A DNA stretch of 64,000 nt, from positions 1,551 to 65,550 of the forward strand of contig JBAZYY010000006.1 in the NCBI GenBank assembly GCA_041659065.1, given 5' to 3'. The notes under the pieces were generated by a model, which did not search any database, was not told the DNA's origin, and worked only from the letters and a program-made list of their open reading frames with translations. The position numbers and the translations under genes were made by a program. Shown piece by piece: positions 30,173 through 39,640 of the stretch. The first letter of the stretch is position 1; each line of letters starts with the position of its first letter. Origin of the DNA: Parcubacteria group bacterium. GTDB lineage: Bacteria > Patescibacteriota > Minisyncoccia > Moranbacterales > UBA11712.

Positions 30173-31546
30173 ATGGTGTCGCTTCGCGACAATTTTTTAA
30201 GAATAAATAAGCAAAAAGGATTCAGTCTGTTGGAGGTTGTTTCTGCGGTTTTTATTTTCAGCATTGTTTTTCTGTCAGTATACGGCGCTTTTAACGCGGG
30301 ATTGAAATCTTTAGTCCAATCAAAACGCAGGACTGAAGCGGCGGCACTGGCAAATGAAAAAATGGAAATAATCCGCAATCTGGCTTACGCAGAAATAGGC
30401 ATGGTGAATGGATTTCCAAGCGGGGCCATAGCTCAAGATGAGGATGTAGTGCGAAGCAGTAACGCTTTTCATGTTCACACAAACATCAGATATATTGACG
30501 ACTCTTTTGATGGCTTGGATGCAGAAGATGAAAATCATATAATTACTGATTACAAGCTAGCCAAGGTTGAAGTGACTTGGGCAGGGGCAAGTACCGGGAA
30601 GGGAGTCATTGTCGTTTCCAAATTTGTCCCGGATGGAGTGGAATCGGACGTGGGCGGAGGATCATTCAGAATTAATATCTTGGATGGAACCGGTTCAGGA
30701 ATCTCCGGTGTCGATACTCGAATAATCAATAGTAGCATACCTGATCCGGTAGATATTCATACTACTACCGATTCATCCGGTACGATCCTCTTGGTATTGC
30801 CGGAAGGAGATCGCAGCTATGAAATTTCAGTATTAAAAGATGGCTATGAAAATGTCACTACTATGCCGCCTTATCCAACGACTGCTTACGACCCAACCGA
30901 CGAGCATGCCTCCGTGATAGCGGGGTATCTCAATACCAAAGGGATTATTATTGATAAGTTAAGTACCTTAAATATATCGACCAGAAGCCTTTTGGATGCG
31001 GCCCTTCCTAGTATAGGGTTGCATATCGATGGAGGGCGAATAATCGGAACTGATCATGTTGATCCCCTTGTAAAAATAAAGAACGTAATCGAGGACGTCG
31101 TGACAGACGAAAATGGCACAAAAAATCTGACAGACACTCCTCCTGGCGTATATAACGTGGCTTTAACTGAGCCGAACTATACTCTAGTTGAAACCAGTAT
31201 CAATAATCCAGTTCCCTTATCACCGGCCCAAACCGCAGACCTCGTTATGTATATTGCGCCAAGCAATGTTAATTCGCTGGTTGTAAAGCTGTCTAATGCT
31301 GTGACCGGCGACCCGGTTGAGCGGGCAAATGTTCGCGTTTTTAACGGCACTGACTTTGATCAGACGCAAATCACCGCTCAAAAAAATTATATATACTTTC
31401 CTCCTTTTACGGACCCTCCAACGACGATGTCTGCCGGATCTTATACCGTGGAGGTATCGGTAGACGGCTATGAAAGTTATACTGGCAGTGTTGACGTTAA
31501 TCTTCTCACGCAAATGGATATCCAACTAAATCCAATTACTCCATGA
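30173..31546 (+). CDS. large minor pilin / pseudopilin with prepilin-type N-terminal cleavage/methylation domain
   Basis: KGFSLLEVVSAVFIF class-III signal (predicted G|F cleavage, Glu+5). 457 aa with a Thr/Ser/Gly-rich, beta-rich C-terminal region. Confidence 0.65.
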   Translation: MVSLRDNFLRINKQKGFSLLEVVSAVFIFSIVFLSVYGAFNAGLKSLVQSKRRTEAAALANEKMEIIRNLAYAEIGMVNGFPSGAIAQDEDVVRSSNAFHVHTNIRYIDDSFDGLDAEDENHIITDYKLAKVEVTWAGASTGKGVIVVSKFVPDGVESDVGGGSFRINILDGTGSGISGVDTRIINSSIPDPVDIHTTTDSSGTILLVLPEGDRSYEISVLKDGYENVTTMPPYPTTAYDPTDEHASVIAGYLNTKGIIIDKLSTLNISTRSLLDAALPSIGLHIDGGRIIGTDHVDPLVKIKNVIEDVVTDENGTKNLTDTPPGVYNVALTEPNYTLVETSINNPVPLSPAQTADLVMYIAPSNVNSLVVKLSNAVTGDPVERANVRVFNGTDFDQTQITAQKNYIYFPPFTDPPTTMSAGSYTVEVSVDGYESYTGSVDVNLLTQMDIQLNPITP

Positions 31547-32184
31547 GAGAAAAATTTTTAAAACAAGGCGAATATTCCCAGAAGGGGCTGACTCTGGTGG
31601 AAATGTTAATAGCAGTATTCATTTTTCTTCTGATGATGAATGGAGTGGTGATGCTCATCAAGTACATCTACCGAAATTATGGGTTTTCAATGGAGCAGGG
31701 AATTTCCGTAAACAACGTGCAAAAAAGCTTGAAAACAATGATTGGAGACATTAGAGGTTTAAGGCGGGCGGATTCCGGCGCTTATGCCATAAAAAGCGCA
31801 GATGATTTTGATTTTGTTTTTTATTCCGATGTGGATGGAGATGGAGTAACGGAACAAGTCCACTATTTTCTGGAAAACGATTCAATAAAAAAGGGTGTAA
31901 GCGAGCCGAGCGGAACTCCTCCAGTGTATCCGTCTTCTGATCAGGTTGAATCAGTTTTAGCCGAACACGTTGTGAACACCACGAGCCAGCCTCTTTTTTC
32001 TTATTATAACGAGGATTACCCGGCCGATCTCGTGAATAATCCTCTTGCTGTACCTGTGTCTCAAATCAGCCAAATTAGAATGGTGAAGACGGATGTACGC
32101 TATAATCTTGATCCTAACCGGGCTCCGGATAACATCCGGCTGGAGTCATTTGTCGCTTTAAGGAATCTAAAAGACAACTGGTAA
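31543..32184 (+). CDS. minor pilin / pseudopilin (prepilin-type N-terminal domain)
   Basis: QKGLTLVEMLIAVFIF class-III signal. 4-nt overlap with the upstream gene. Confidence 0.65.
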   Translation: MREKFLKQGEYSQKGLTLVEMLIAVFIFLLMMNGVVMLIKYIYRNYGFSMEQGISVNNVQKSLKTMIGDIRGLRRADSGAYAIKSADDFDFVFYSDVDGDGVTEQVHYFLENDSIKKGVSEPSGTPPVYPSSDQVESVLAEHVVNTTSQPLFSYYNEDYPADLVNNPLAVPVSQISQIRMVKTDVRYNLDPNRAPDNIRLESFVALRNLKDNW

Positions 32185-32185
32185 A

Positions 32186-33730
32186 ATGACAAAAAATAAA
32201 AAGAGGGGATCAGTTTTGATATATATAGTAATCATTTCTTCCATGGCGGCGGTCATTTTGGTTGGGCTCGCAGGCTTTGTCGTGTCAAGATATAAAAATG
32301 GCCGCTATGCCAATAACCGCGAGCAAACATTCCAAATTGCTGAAGCGGGTGTCTATTGGTATCGTTGGTATTTGGCGCATACAGTAGAAGGGAAACCTCC
32401 TATTGAGAAAAGAGAGTTTTGGGAGGGTGGTACGGCTAAAGGGGTGGGTGTCCCCTACGAGGAAGAAGTAAAGGATCCGGAAGGAAACCCTGTGGGAAAA
32501 TACAGCATTCAGGTGACTGCTCCCGATCCGGATTCAACGATAGTAATAGTAGAATCAACTGGGTGGACGTATAAATTTCCTAGCCAGAAAAGATCTGTTA
32601 GAGTTAGATTCAGACAGCCAGCCTGGTGCGAATATGCCGTAGTAGCAGACGATGATATGCGCTTTGGAGAAGGTACGGAAACTTTTGGGCCTATCCATTC
32701 AAACAAAGGCGTGCGCTTTGATGGTATAGCCCACAATATCGTCTCCAGTCACATACCGGAATACGATGACCCGGACCATTGTGAGCATTACAACCGTTAT
32801 GAACAATGCGATCTCAACAAAAATGAATTTGGAGTTCATACGCACGTTGATCCTCCCCCGGAAACGGGAATAGACGATAGTTTTCGGCCGCTCGAAGCGC
32901 CGCCCACCAGCCCGGTTCCGGATCGATCGGATGTGTTTCAAGCGGGTAGGCAATTTCCTATTCCAGAGAAAAACTTCAGCGACTTAATATCAGATTTTAA
33001 CTTAATGAAGCAATACGCCGAATCAGACGGGAAGTATTTTGGTGACGATACTACTCAGGAATATAATTGTTACGGAAGCGGAAGAAGAAGAGTCTGTCGT
33101 TGGGAAGACGTTCCGGTGTATGGATATCACATTATACTCAAGGAAGATCATACGATGGATGTATCCATGGTAAAGAGTTATGATACAAGTGCGTATAGCA
33201 TTACTGTAGGAGAGGAAACGACGCCCGAAAATTATCCGATTCCGGACGGACAAGTGGTGTTTGTGGAAAATAACGTTTGGATCGAAGGAAAGATTAACGG
33301 AGACCGGGTAACAATTATCGCAGCCGACTTGTCGCCTAACCCTGATCCCAAAAGCATTTATATAAACAAAGATATTCTGTATACTAAAAAGGATGGCACG
33401 GATATTCTGGGCCTTATCGCTCAAAAGGATGTCTCCATCGGATTGTACTCCGAAGATGATTTGGAGATAGACGCTTCTCTTCTGGCGCAAAAAGGCAGGG
33501 TTGGAAGAGATCATTATTCATGGCCGACTTGGCCGGTGGACTATGTGCACAGAAGCGCTATAACTGTCTACGGGTCTTTGGTGACAAAGGAAAGATACGG
33601 GTTTTCTTGGACTGACGATACGGGCTATACCACGCGGAATTTGTATTTTGATAATAATCTTGTCTATTGGCCCCCGCCATATTTTCCTACCGGGGATAAA
33701 TATCAAATTGATCTTTGGGAGGAGCTATAA
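32186..33730 (+). CDS. PilX-like minor pilin (PilX N-terminal domain), 514 aa
   Basis: KRGSVLIYIVIISSMAAVILVGLAGF...QTFQIAEAGV matches the PilX_N pattern (RGSALV ... AEAGL). Confidence 0.55.
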   Translation: MTKNKKRGSVLIYIVIISSMAAVILVGLAGFVVSRYKNGRYANNREQTFQIAEAGVYWYRWYLAHTVEGKPPIEKREFWEGGTAKGVGVPYEEEVKDPEGNPVGKYSIQVTAPDPDSTIVIVESTGWTYKFPSQKRSVRVRFRQPAWCEYAVVADDDMRFGEGTETFGPIHSNKGVRFDGIAHNIVSSHIPEYDDPDHCEHYNRYEQCDLNKNEFGVHTHVDPPPETGIDDSFRPLEAPPTSPVPDRSDVFQAGRQFPIPEKNFSDLISDFNLMKQYAESDGKYFGDDTTQEYNCYGSGRRRVCRWEDVPVYGYHIILKEDHTMDVSMVKSYDTSAYSITVGEETTPENYPIPDGQVVFVENNVWIEGKINGDRVTIIAADLSPNPDPKSIYINKDILYTKKDGTDILGLIAQKDVSIGLYSEDDLEIDASLLAQKGRVGRDHYSWPTWPVDYVHRSAITVYGSLVTKERYGFSWTDDTGYTTRNLYFDNNLVYWPPPYFPTGDKYQIDLWEEL

Positions 33731-33759
33731 TTATTAAAATAGAAAGAGAAAAGTAGAAG

Positions 33760-34824
33760 ATGCAATTCAAATTATTCGGAAAAAAATCCAACGCTTTCGG
33801 ATTGGAAATTGAGGATGGCTCGCTCAAGGCTTTTCGGCTGGAGAAGAAAAGGGACGAATACGAAATTTCCGCTTTTAGTAAAAAGGACATAAAAAAGGGC
33901 CTGGTTACTGAGGGTGTGGTGGTTAATGCAGCAGAGTTGGCAAAAGAGATAAGAGATCTTATGAGCTCATCAAAATGCCGACCCATAAAATGTAAACAGG
34001 TTATTTTCTCCATACCGGAAACAAAATCTTTCATCAGAACAATCAGAATACCAAAGATGTCGAGAGAGGAAGCTGGAGAAGCGGTGAAATGGGAAACAGA
34101 AGCTAATATTCCCATCGCAGTCGATATGGTTTATCTGGATTGGCAGGTGATTCGCTCCGACGAAAACCAGGAGGAAGTCTTGGTAGCCGCTGTTCCCAAA
34201 ACCGTAGTGGATGCATATTGCGAAGCAATGAAGCAGGCGGGTATCTCTCCGATTGCAGTGGAGATTGATATAATTGCGACAATTCGGAGCCTGACAACCG
34301 CGGAAAACAATCGAAAACCCACTCTTATCGTAGATATTGGCGCCGAAAAGACGAGCCTGGCTATTTGCAAAGATCAGATTCCTTATTTCACTTCCAGTAT
34401 ACCTCTTTGCGGGAAAACGTTTACGGATGCCTTACAGAAAGAGGTAGGGGTTGGCAAGGAGAAAGCGGAGGAAATAAAATATAAATATGGACTTGGGAGA
34501 ATGAGGCAAGATGATACTCTTTTCAAGGTCTATAATCCCTTGCTTGAGAATCTGGCTTCCGAGATTGATCGTTCAATCAGCTTCTATTCCGAGTCAATAA
34601 ATACCGAAGAGAAAGTGGAAGACATCATCCTGAGCGGAGGGGGGGCCTTGATGATCGAACTAGTGGATTATCTCAATGAAAAAGTGAAGAAGCGAGTCGT
34701 TTTGGGAGATCCGTTCATTGGGGTCAAAATAAAAAAAGGTTCTCAGACGCCTTCTCCCGAAGATATCCTTTCATACGCAACGTCGATTGGACTAGCTTTA
34801 AGAAATTTTTCCTATGATGATTAG
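33760..34824 (+). CDS. pilM: Type IV pilus assembly protein PilM (actin-like ATPase fold)
   Basis: 354 aa with PilM-like N-terminus (FGLEIEDGSLKAF) and FtsA/actin-like phosphate loops (IVDIGAEKTS, ILSGGGA). Confidence 0.8.
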   Translation: MQFKLFGKKSNAFGLEIEDGSLKAFRLEKKRDEYEISAFSKKDIKKGLVTEGVVVNAAELAKEIRDLMSSSKCRPIKCKQVIFSIPETKSFIRTIRIPKMSREEAGEAVKWETEANIPIAVDMVYLDWQVIRSDENQEEVLVAAVPKTVVDAYCEAMKQAGISPIAVEIDIIATIRSLTTAENNRKPTLIVDIGAEKTSLAICKDQIPYFTSSIPLCGKTFTDALQKEVGVGKEKAEEIKYKYGLGRMRQDDTLFKVYNPLLENLASEIDRSISFYSESINTEEKVEDIILSGGGALMIELVDYLNEKVKKRVVLGDPFIGVKIKKGSQTPSPEDILSYATSIGLALRNFSYDD

Positions 34825-35359
34825 CATAAACGTGCTGCCGGATAATTTAAAAGAGAAGCTGCGCAAAGAAAAAGAAACGAGAAAAATTTTGCAACTTAGC
34901 TTCTCTTTGATTTTCGCGATGGTGGTGTTATCTGGAACGCTATTTGCTGTCCAGATCGCGCTGAATATAGAAAGAAGCGGCGAGCGTGAAGCGAATATGC
35001 ACAGCCAAAATCGCCCGAGCATAAATGTCGAGCAAGATGGCAAATTGCTCCAGGACTTGGATATGGAATCGCAGAAGCTTGTCAAAATTGGAGCTGAGAT
35101 CCCCCACTGGCCGAAAGTATTCAAAAAAATATCCGAAGTGTGTCCAGAAGGGTTGAAAATAAGCTCATTGAAAGGCGAAGGCGAGCATGTTAAAATTGCC
35201 GGTTTTTCGAAAACCAGGGAAGCTCTCCTGAACTTCCAAGACAGTTTAAGAAAAGAGGGTTTTCAAGTGCCAGATTCGCTTAATAATCTCGTATCTCCTT
35301 CGGACATCAACTTCAATCTCGAAATGGATGTTGACAAGGGTTATCTATATGATCAATAA
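34814..35359 (+). CDS. pilN: Type IV pilus assembly protein PilN
   Basis: N-terminal INVLPDNLKEK followed by a single TM. Size and position immediately after pilM. Confidence 0.6.
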   Translation: MMISINVLPDNLKEKLRKEKETRKILQLSFSLIFAMVVLSGTLFAVQIALNIERSGEREANMHSQNRPSINVEQDGKLLQDLDMESQKLVKIGAEIPHWPKVFKKISEVCPEGLKISSLKGEGEHVKIAGFSKTREALLNFQDSLRKEGFQVPDSLNNLVSPSDINFNLEMDVDKGYLYDQ

Positions 35360-35379
35360 AGCTCAAGGTTTCTAAATTA

Positions 35380-36087
35380 ATGAACAGATTCGCGGACAAA
35401 AAAATACTCCTAATCATTATTGCAATAATAGTAGTACTGGCGTCTTTGGGCTGGTTGACTTTTTTCTATCAGGCAAAAAAAATTAGAGATACTGCGGCGG
35501 GCATTCAAAAAGAAAAACTTGATTGGCAAGTGCAGAAGGAAAAAAGTCAAAAAATAAGCCAGCTTAAAAAGAGCCTGGGCGATCTGGAAACGCATAAAAA
35601 CGATATGGAAGGTTTCTACGCCGACAAAAACAATGCATTGCCCCTTATTAAATCCTTGGAGGCAATCGCCGGTGAAACGGGAAACGAAATTACAATCACC
35701 GTGGCTGATTTAAGCAAACTTGCGAGTGCTCAGAAAAAAACTGTCCCAAAGGATAGTGACGAGGATGCGGCGACTGCAAAAAAAGACTCAGCTGCCACTA
35801 AGGACAGTAATACGAAAAGCACTGCCTCGGCTCAAAATTTTAAGAATAATTTAGGATTTAATTTGGAATTAAGCGGAACCTATCCGCAGTTGGTTAATTT
35901 TTTAATAAAAATGGAAAACCTGCCCTATTTTGTAAGAATATATAATTATAGCGTTGATGCGTTTATAAAAAATAAGCCGAGCAGCAGCTCCAACCAAAGT
36001 AGTAATTCAGGGGCTTCAGGTGAAATACCGGAGGGTAAACTCGTAAAGTCTAATATTTTAATCATGGTCTATACGAATGGGCAATAA
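35380..36087 (+). CDS. PilO-like pilus assembly protein
   Basis: Single N-terminal TM, coiled-coil, then C-terminal domain. Position after pilN. Low-complexity Ser/Ala-rich linker. Confidence 0.45.
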   Translation: MNRFADKKILLIIIAIIVVLASLGWLTFFYQAKKIRDTAAGIQKEKLDWQVQKEKSQKISQLKKSLGDLETHKNDMEGFYADKNNALPLIKSLEAIAGETGNEITITVADLSKLASAQKKTVPKDSDEDAATAKKDSAATKDSNTKSTASAQNFKNNLGFNLELSGTYPQLVNFLIKMENLPYFVRIYNYSVDAFIKNKPSSSSNQSSNSGASGEIPEGKLVKSNILIMVYTNGQ

Positions 36088-36403
36088 AGACGGTGATAAA
36101 AAAAGTATTTTAGGAATTGTCAGGAAAAAAGCAGCTAATTCAGGCAAATTTTTACTGCGCTGGTTGTATCTTTTCGTGCTAGTTGGGATCGCAGCTTATT
36201 CCGCTATGATTTGGTATTACAACATTTATCAGGGAGATTGGAGCGAGGAACAAAAAAAAGAGTATATCAATGAACAATCTAAATTTTCTTTTGATAAAAA
36301 AAGCTTTGATAAAATAACTGACTTGGTCGAAAATAAGAAGCAATACTTTTCAGCTCCGGCTAACTTTGAGGGAAAGGACGTATTCTATCCGGACGGATTT
36401 TAA
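36077..36403 (+). CDS. hypothetical small membrane protein, last gene of pilus operon
   Basis: Overlaps the pilO-like stop. One TM helix (LLRWLYLFVLVGIAAYSAMIWYY). Confidence 0.35.
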   Translation: MGNKDGDKKSILGIVRKKAANSGKFLLRWLYLFVLVGIAAYSAMIWYYNIYQGDWSEEQKKEYINEQSKFSFDKKSFDKITDLVENKKQYFSAPANFEGKDVFYPDGF

Positions 36404-36530
36404 AATTTTACGAACTACTAATTTCGTACTAATATACGAACCGATTTTTAATAAGTTTTATGTGAAGTCTAAGATTATCTTTAGCACGGAATTCGTTTGT
36501 ATGTCCTTAATTAGTTTGCAGATAAATATC

Positions 36531-36553
36531 ATTGACCGAAAGGTCGTTTTTTG
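36531..36553 (+). terminator. rho-independent terminator ending the pilus operon
   Basis: gaccgaaaggtc hairpin followed by gtttttt. Confidence 0.6.
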
Positions 36554-36574
36554 TTAGATTAATTCAGTATTTAC

Positions 36575-36648
36575 GCCCCGATAGCTCAATCGGATAGAGT
36601 GTCTGGCTTCGGACCAGAAGGTTAGAGGTTCGAGTCCTCTTCGGGGCA
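36575..36648 (+). tRNA. tRNA-Arg (anticodon TCG)
   Basis: Acceptor GCCCCGA/TCGGGGC, anticodon stem-loop TCTGG-CTTCGGA-CCAGA, T-arm AGAGGTTCGAGTCCTCT. 74 nt. CCA not encoded. Confidence 0.75.
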
Positions 36649-36752
36649 CAGTTATCGACAGGCGGGGATCTAGAAGGGCCTAGTTTCGGGTCCCAAAGGA
36701 CGCATATAAAAAAGCCCTATGGTTTGCATCGGGCTTTTTGAAATTATAAATG

Positions 36753-38627
36753 CTATTTGTCGATAATGCAGGCTGCTGTTTTAGGTAGTGAGAATGAAAC
36801 AGCGGTTCCTTTATTCTCCTCACTCTCAAATGAAATTGTTCCGCAGTGTCGATCGATTATATTTTTCACCATGTAGAGGCCTAAACCGCTGCCAGAAGTT
36901 TGGAAAAGCAAGGCGTTGTCGGCTCGAAAAAACTTGCTGAATAAGCGGTGTTTTTGATCTTCGGGTACGCCAATTCCCGTGTCCCTTACCTTGAATTCAA
37001 CGGAGCCGTCTTTTCCCCGGACGGACAATGCCACTTCTCCGCCCGGAGAGGTGTACTTCACGGCATTGTCGATTAGGTTATCAAAAACAATTGACATTTT
37101 ATCAGAGTCTATCATTAGCTCATGAAGCTCATTTGAATCAAATTCAAGCTTAAGATTTATGCCCTTTTCTTTTGCTATTGGCAGATATCTCTTGTAGGTA
37201 TTTTCTATGAGCTCAGTAATTGATTTTTTTGAGAAGTTAAAACCATACTTTCCCTCTTCTATATGAGCGACATTCAGTAAATCGTTTATGAGCTCAATCG
37301 TATGATTGATTGCTTTGAGTCCGTCCTCGATTATTTTTTGCTGATCCGCCGTAAGCGAACCCGGATCACTTTCGAGGAGCGCCAGATAAGACCATTTAAT
37401 GCCAGTCAAAGGGGTGCGCAGTTGGTGGGCGGCGACCGAAACGAACTCTGATTTTATCGTATCCATCTCCTGGAGCTTCCTGTTGGCTTCCAGCAGCTCC
37501 AGATCGCGACCAACCAGTAGTTTCGTAGTCTTGTCTAGCTCGGCCAATTGCTCTGTCCTTTTTTTTACTTCAGCATCCAGGTTTTCTTTCCCCTGGTTCA
37601 AGTCTGAGAATATTAATCTCAATTCTCTCGCATTAGCTATCAGCAGGATAAGCAGGGAAGATGTCAAAATAATAAATATCAACGACACTTTTTTTATCTT
37701 GTCATAAGCAAGAAGTGCCTGCTTTCTGGGTTCATCTAAAAATACTCCCCAACCCAGCCCGCCGTTAAAAACCGCCCCGGATATTATCCGAGTTTCTTTA
37801 GCGTCCCTTCTATATTCCAAATAGTTGAGATCGGTCTTGTCTTTTATGACTCGGCGCACTCCAGGATAGGAAAGCATATTTTCCCTTTTAAGAACCAAAG
37901 AATTATCACTCGGGTTTCCAATAAGAAAGCCTTCTGAATCAACAAGGAACATTTTCTGTCTGGGGTTGGTCAAGCGTGAGTTAGACAGGATGTTCCATAT
38001 TTCTTGAAGCGAAAGTTGGGCCAGAAGTACCTCCGATTCATCATCACCCGCGCCTTTGAAGGAGATGCCAATCTCGAAATAGGGAGTTGCCTTTTTAGTC
38101 ATCTCTATGCGGCCTAAGTAAGTCTTATCTTTCAAAGTTCCTTGGAATCCTTGGGTCTCGGACACATTGGGCAAGCTTTGGCTGTCAAAAACGGAAAATT
38201 TCGACACTCTTATTTTCTCTTGGCCAGATAAGTCAGCAACTGATATCTCCATGAACAAGCTATTCTCTCGCATGAATTTTTCAACCATCTTCTTTTTCTC
38301 CAGCTCGTTCTCGGTCAATATTAATTTATCCGATAGAGTTGATAGAGAATCTATATTGTTTTCCACGGACGCCTCTAACTCTGCGCGGGATGCATCAACG
38401 AGGCTCCTGCGTTGGGAGACAATATTTTCCTTAACACTAGCCATGCTTGGTTGGAAGAAACTGTAGTATGAAAAAATAAGAATAAAAGAAACAATAATAA
38501 TCACAACTTGTATTAGGAGCGCGGGCCTTTTCTTGAAAAATATTTTTATCTTTTGAACAATTTTCATAAGGTTAGAAAATGACCTTATCGGCTTCTGTGG
38601 TAATGGCTGAATCAATCTCTCTTCCAC
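36753..38627 (-). CDS. sensor histidine kinase with extracytoplasmic double-Cache-like sensor domain
   Basis: N-terminal TM, ~280-aa extracytoplasmic region, second TM, coiled coil, H-box AHQLRTPLTGIKW, HATPase_c (DNLIDNAVKYT, GSGLGLYMV). Confidence 0.8.
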   Translation of the reverse strand: MEERLIQPLPQKPIRSFSNLMKIVQKIKIFFKKRPALLIQVVIIIVSFILIFSYYSFFQPSMASVKENIVSQRRSLVDASRAELEASVENNIDSLSTLSDKLILTENELEKKKMVEKFMRENSLFMEISVADLSGQEKIRVSKFSVFDSQSLPNVSETQGFQGTLKDKTYLGRIEMTKKATPYFEIGISFKGAGDDESEVLLAQLSLQEIWNILSNSRLTNPRQKMFLVDSEGFLIGNPSDNSLVLKRENMLSYPGVRRVIKDKTDLNYLEYRRDAKETRIISGAVFNGGLGWGVFLDEPRKQALLAYDKIKKVSLIFIILTSSLLILLIANARELRLIFSDLNQGKENLDAEVKKRTEQLAELDKTTKLLVGRDLELLEANRKLQEMDTIKSEFVSVAAHQLRTPLTGIKWSYLALLESDPGSLTADQQKIIEDGLKAINHTIELINDLLNVAHIEEGKYGFNFSKKSITELIENTYKRYLPIAKEKGINLKLEFDSNELHELMIDSDKMSIVFDNLIDNAVKYTSPGGEVALSVRGKDGSVEFKVRDTGIGVPEDQKHRLFSKFFRADNALLFQTSGSGLGLYMVKNIIDRHCGTISFESEENKGTAVSFSLPKTAACIIDK

Positions 38628-39597
38628 TCTCCTTAATTTGCTTAAGATTCACAATGATATCCAGTTTACTTGGAGTTATAACGGGAATATTGTCCGGTTT
38701 TTGTCCGGATAAAATACTGATTACAGTTGAAGCACACTGGCTGCCAAGATCGTAAAAATTTGCTCCGTAAGCCAGGGAAACGCCTTGTTCCATCAGGGTT
38801 TGCTCATGCGCCATGGACGGTATATTGAGCTCTAATGATTTTTGGATGACAAGATCTATATTGCTGACAACCATGGCATCAGGTACGACATAGATGCCAT
38901 CATATTCTCCTGTTTTTAAAGCCGCGAGGGCATCTCTGAGTTCGTCTGTATTCTTCACTTCAAATTCCCTAAGGTTGATTCCTAGCGCCATTGCGGCAGG
39001 CCTGAGGTTTTGAATTGATAGCGTGGAAAAAGAATTTTCAGGATTATAAAAAGTAACGACCCGATCTATACCTGGAAATGCTTCCTTGAAGATCTCGAGT
39101 CTCTTGCCGGAAAGCTCCGCGGAAAGATTTGAGCATCCGGTAAGATTTGTTTCGGTCCGCGAATAGCTTTTTATAAATCCGGCCCCAAGCGGATCACCAA
39201 CGGCATTAAAGACTATCGGGATGTCGGAGCTTGCTAATTTCTTCACCTCTGAAGTCACCGGTGTCGAAATTGCATATATTAGATCGGGGTTTTCCCCAAG
39301 CAGGCTTTGTATGGCCTCAGGAAGCTTGGAAGTGTCACCCCTAACGTCGCGAATGATAAATGACACATTCTCGCCTTCGTTGTAGCCCTCTTTCGCAAGT
39401 TGATATCTAAGACCGTCAAAAGCTTGCTGATAGGCGCCTCCAGTGAGCACAACTCCAATGGCGTATTTTTTTGAATGGCTGGATTTGGAGGAAACCAGGT
39501 CCGATAGCCCCTTTAGCTTTATCCCATTTCTAAAAATAATTGTGCTGATTATCACAATTGCTGCCAGGAGGATCAAGAATAATAATGTTTTTTTCAT
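38572..39597 (-). CDS. ABC-transporter-type substrate-binding protein (PF04392 ABC_sub_bind-like), signal-transduction associated
   Basis: N-terminal signal/anchor and periplasmic-binding-protein fold pattern (IGVVLTGGAYQQAFDG...). No transporter genes nearby. Sits between the FIST and HK genes in the same operon. Confidence 0.6.
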   Translation of the reverse strand: MKKTLLFLILLAAIVIISTIIFRNGIKLKGLSDLVSSKSSHSKKYAIGVVLTGGAYQQAFDGLRYQLAKEGYNEGENVSFIIRDVRGDTSKLPEAIQSLLGENPDLIYAISTPVTSEVKKLASSDIPIVFNAVGDPLGAGFIKSYSRTETNLTGCSNLSAELSGKRLEIFKEAFPGIDRVVTFYNPENSFSTLSIQNLRPAAMALGINLREFEVKNTDELRDALAALKTGEYDGIYVVPDAMVVSNIDLVIQKSLELNIPSMAHEQTLMEQGVSLAYGANFYDLGSQCASTVISILSGQKPDNIPVITPSKLDIIVNLKQIKESGREIDSAITTEADKVIF

Positions 39598-39640
39598 TTT
39601 TTATTTCTGTTTGAGGCTTTCGGCAATGCATTTAACCAGT

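Noticed and set aside
36366-36557. 63-aa ORF after the pilus operon
   Set aside because: It lies across the operon terminator and the tRNA-Arg promoter region. It has low-complexity AT-rich translation and no RBS.
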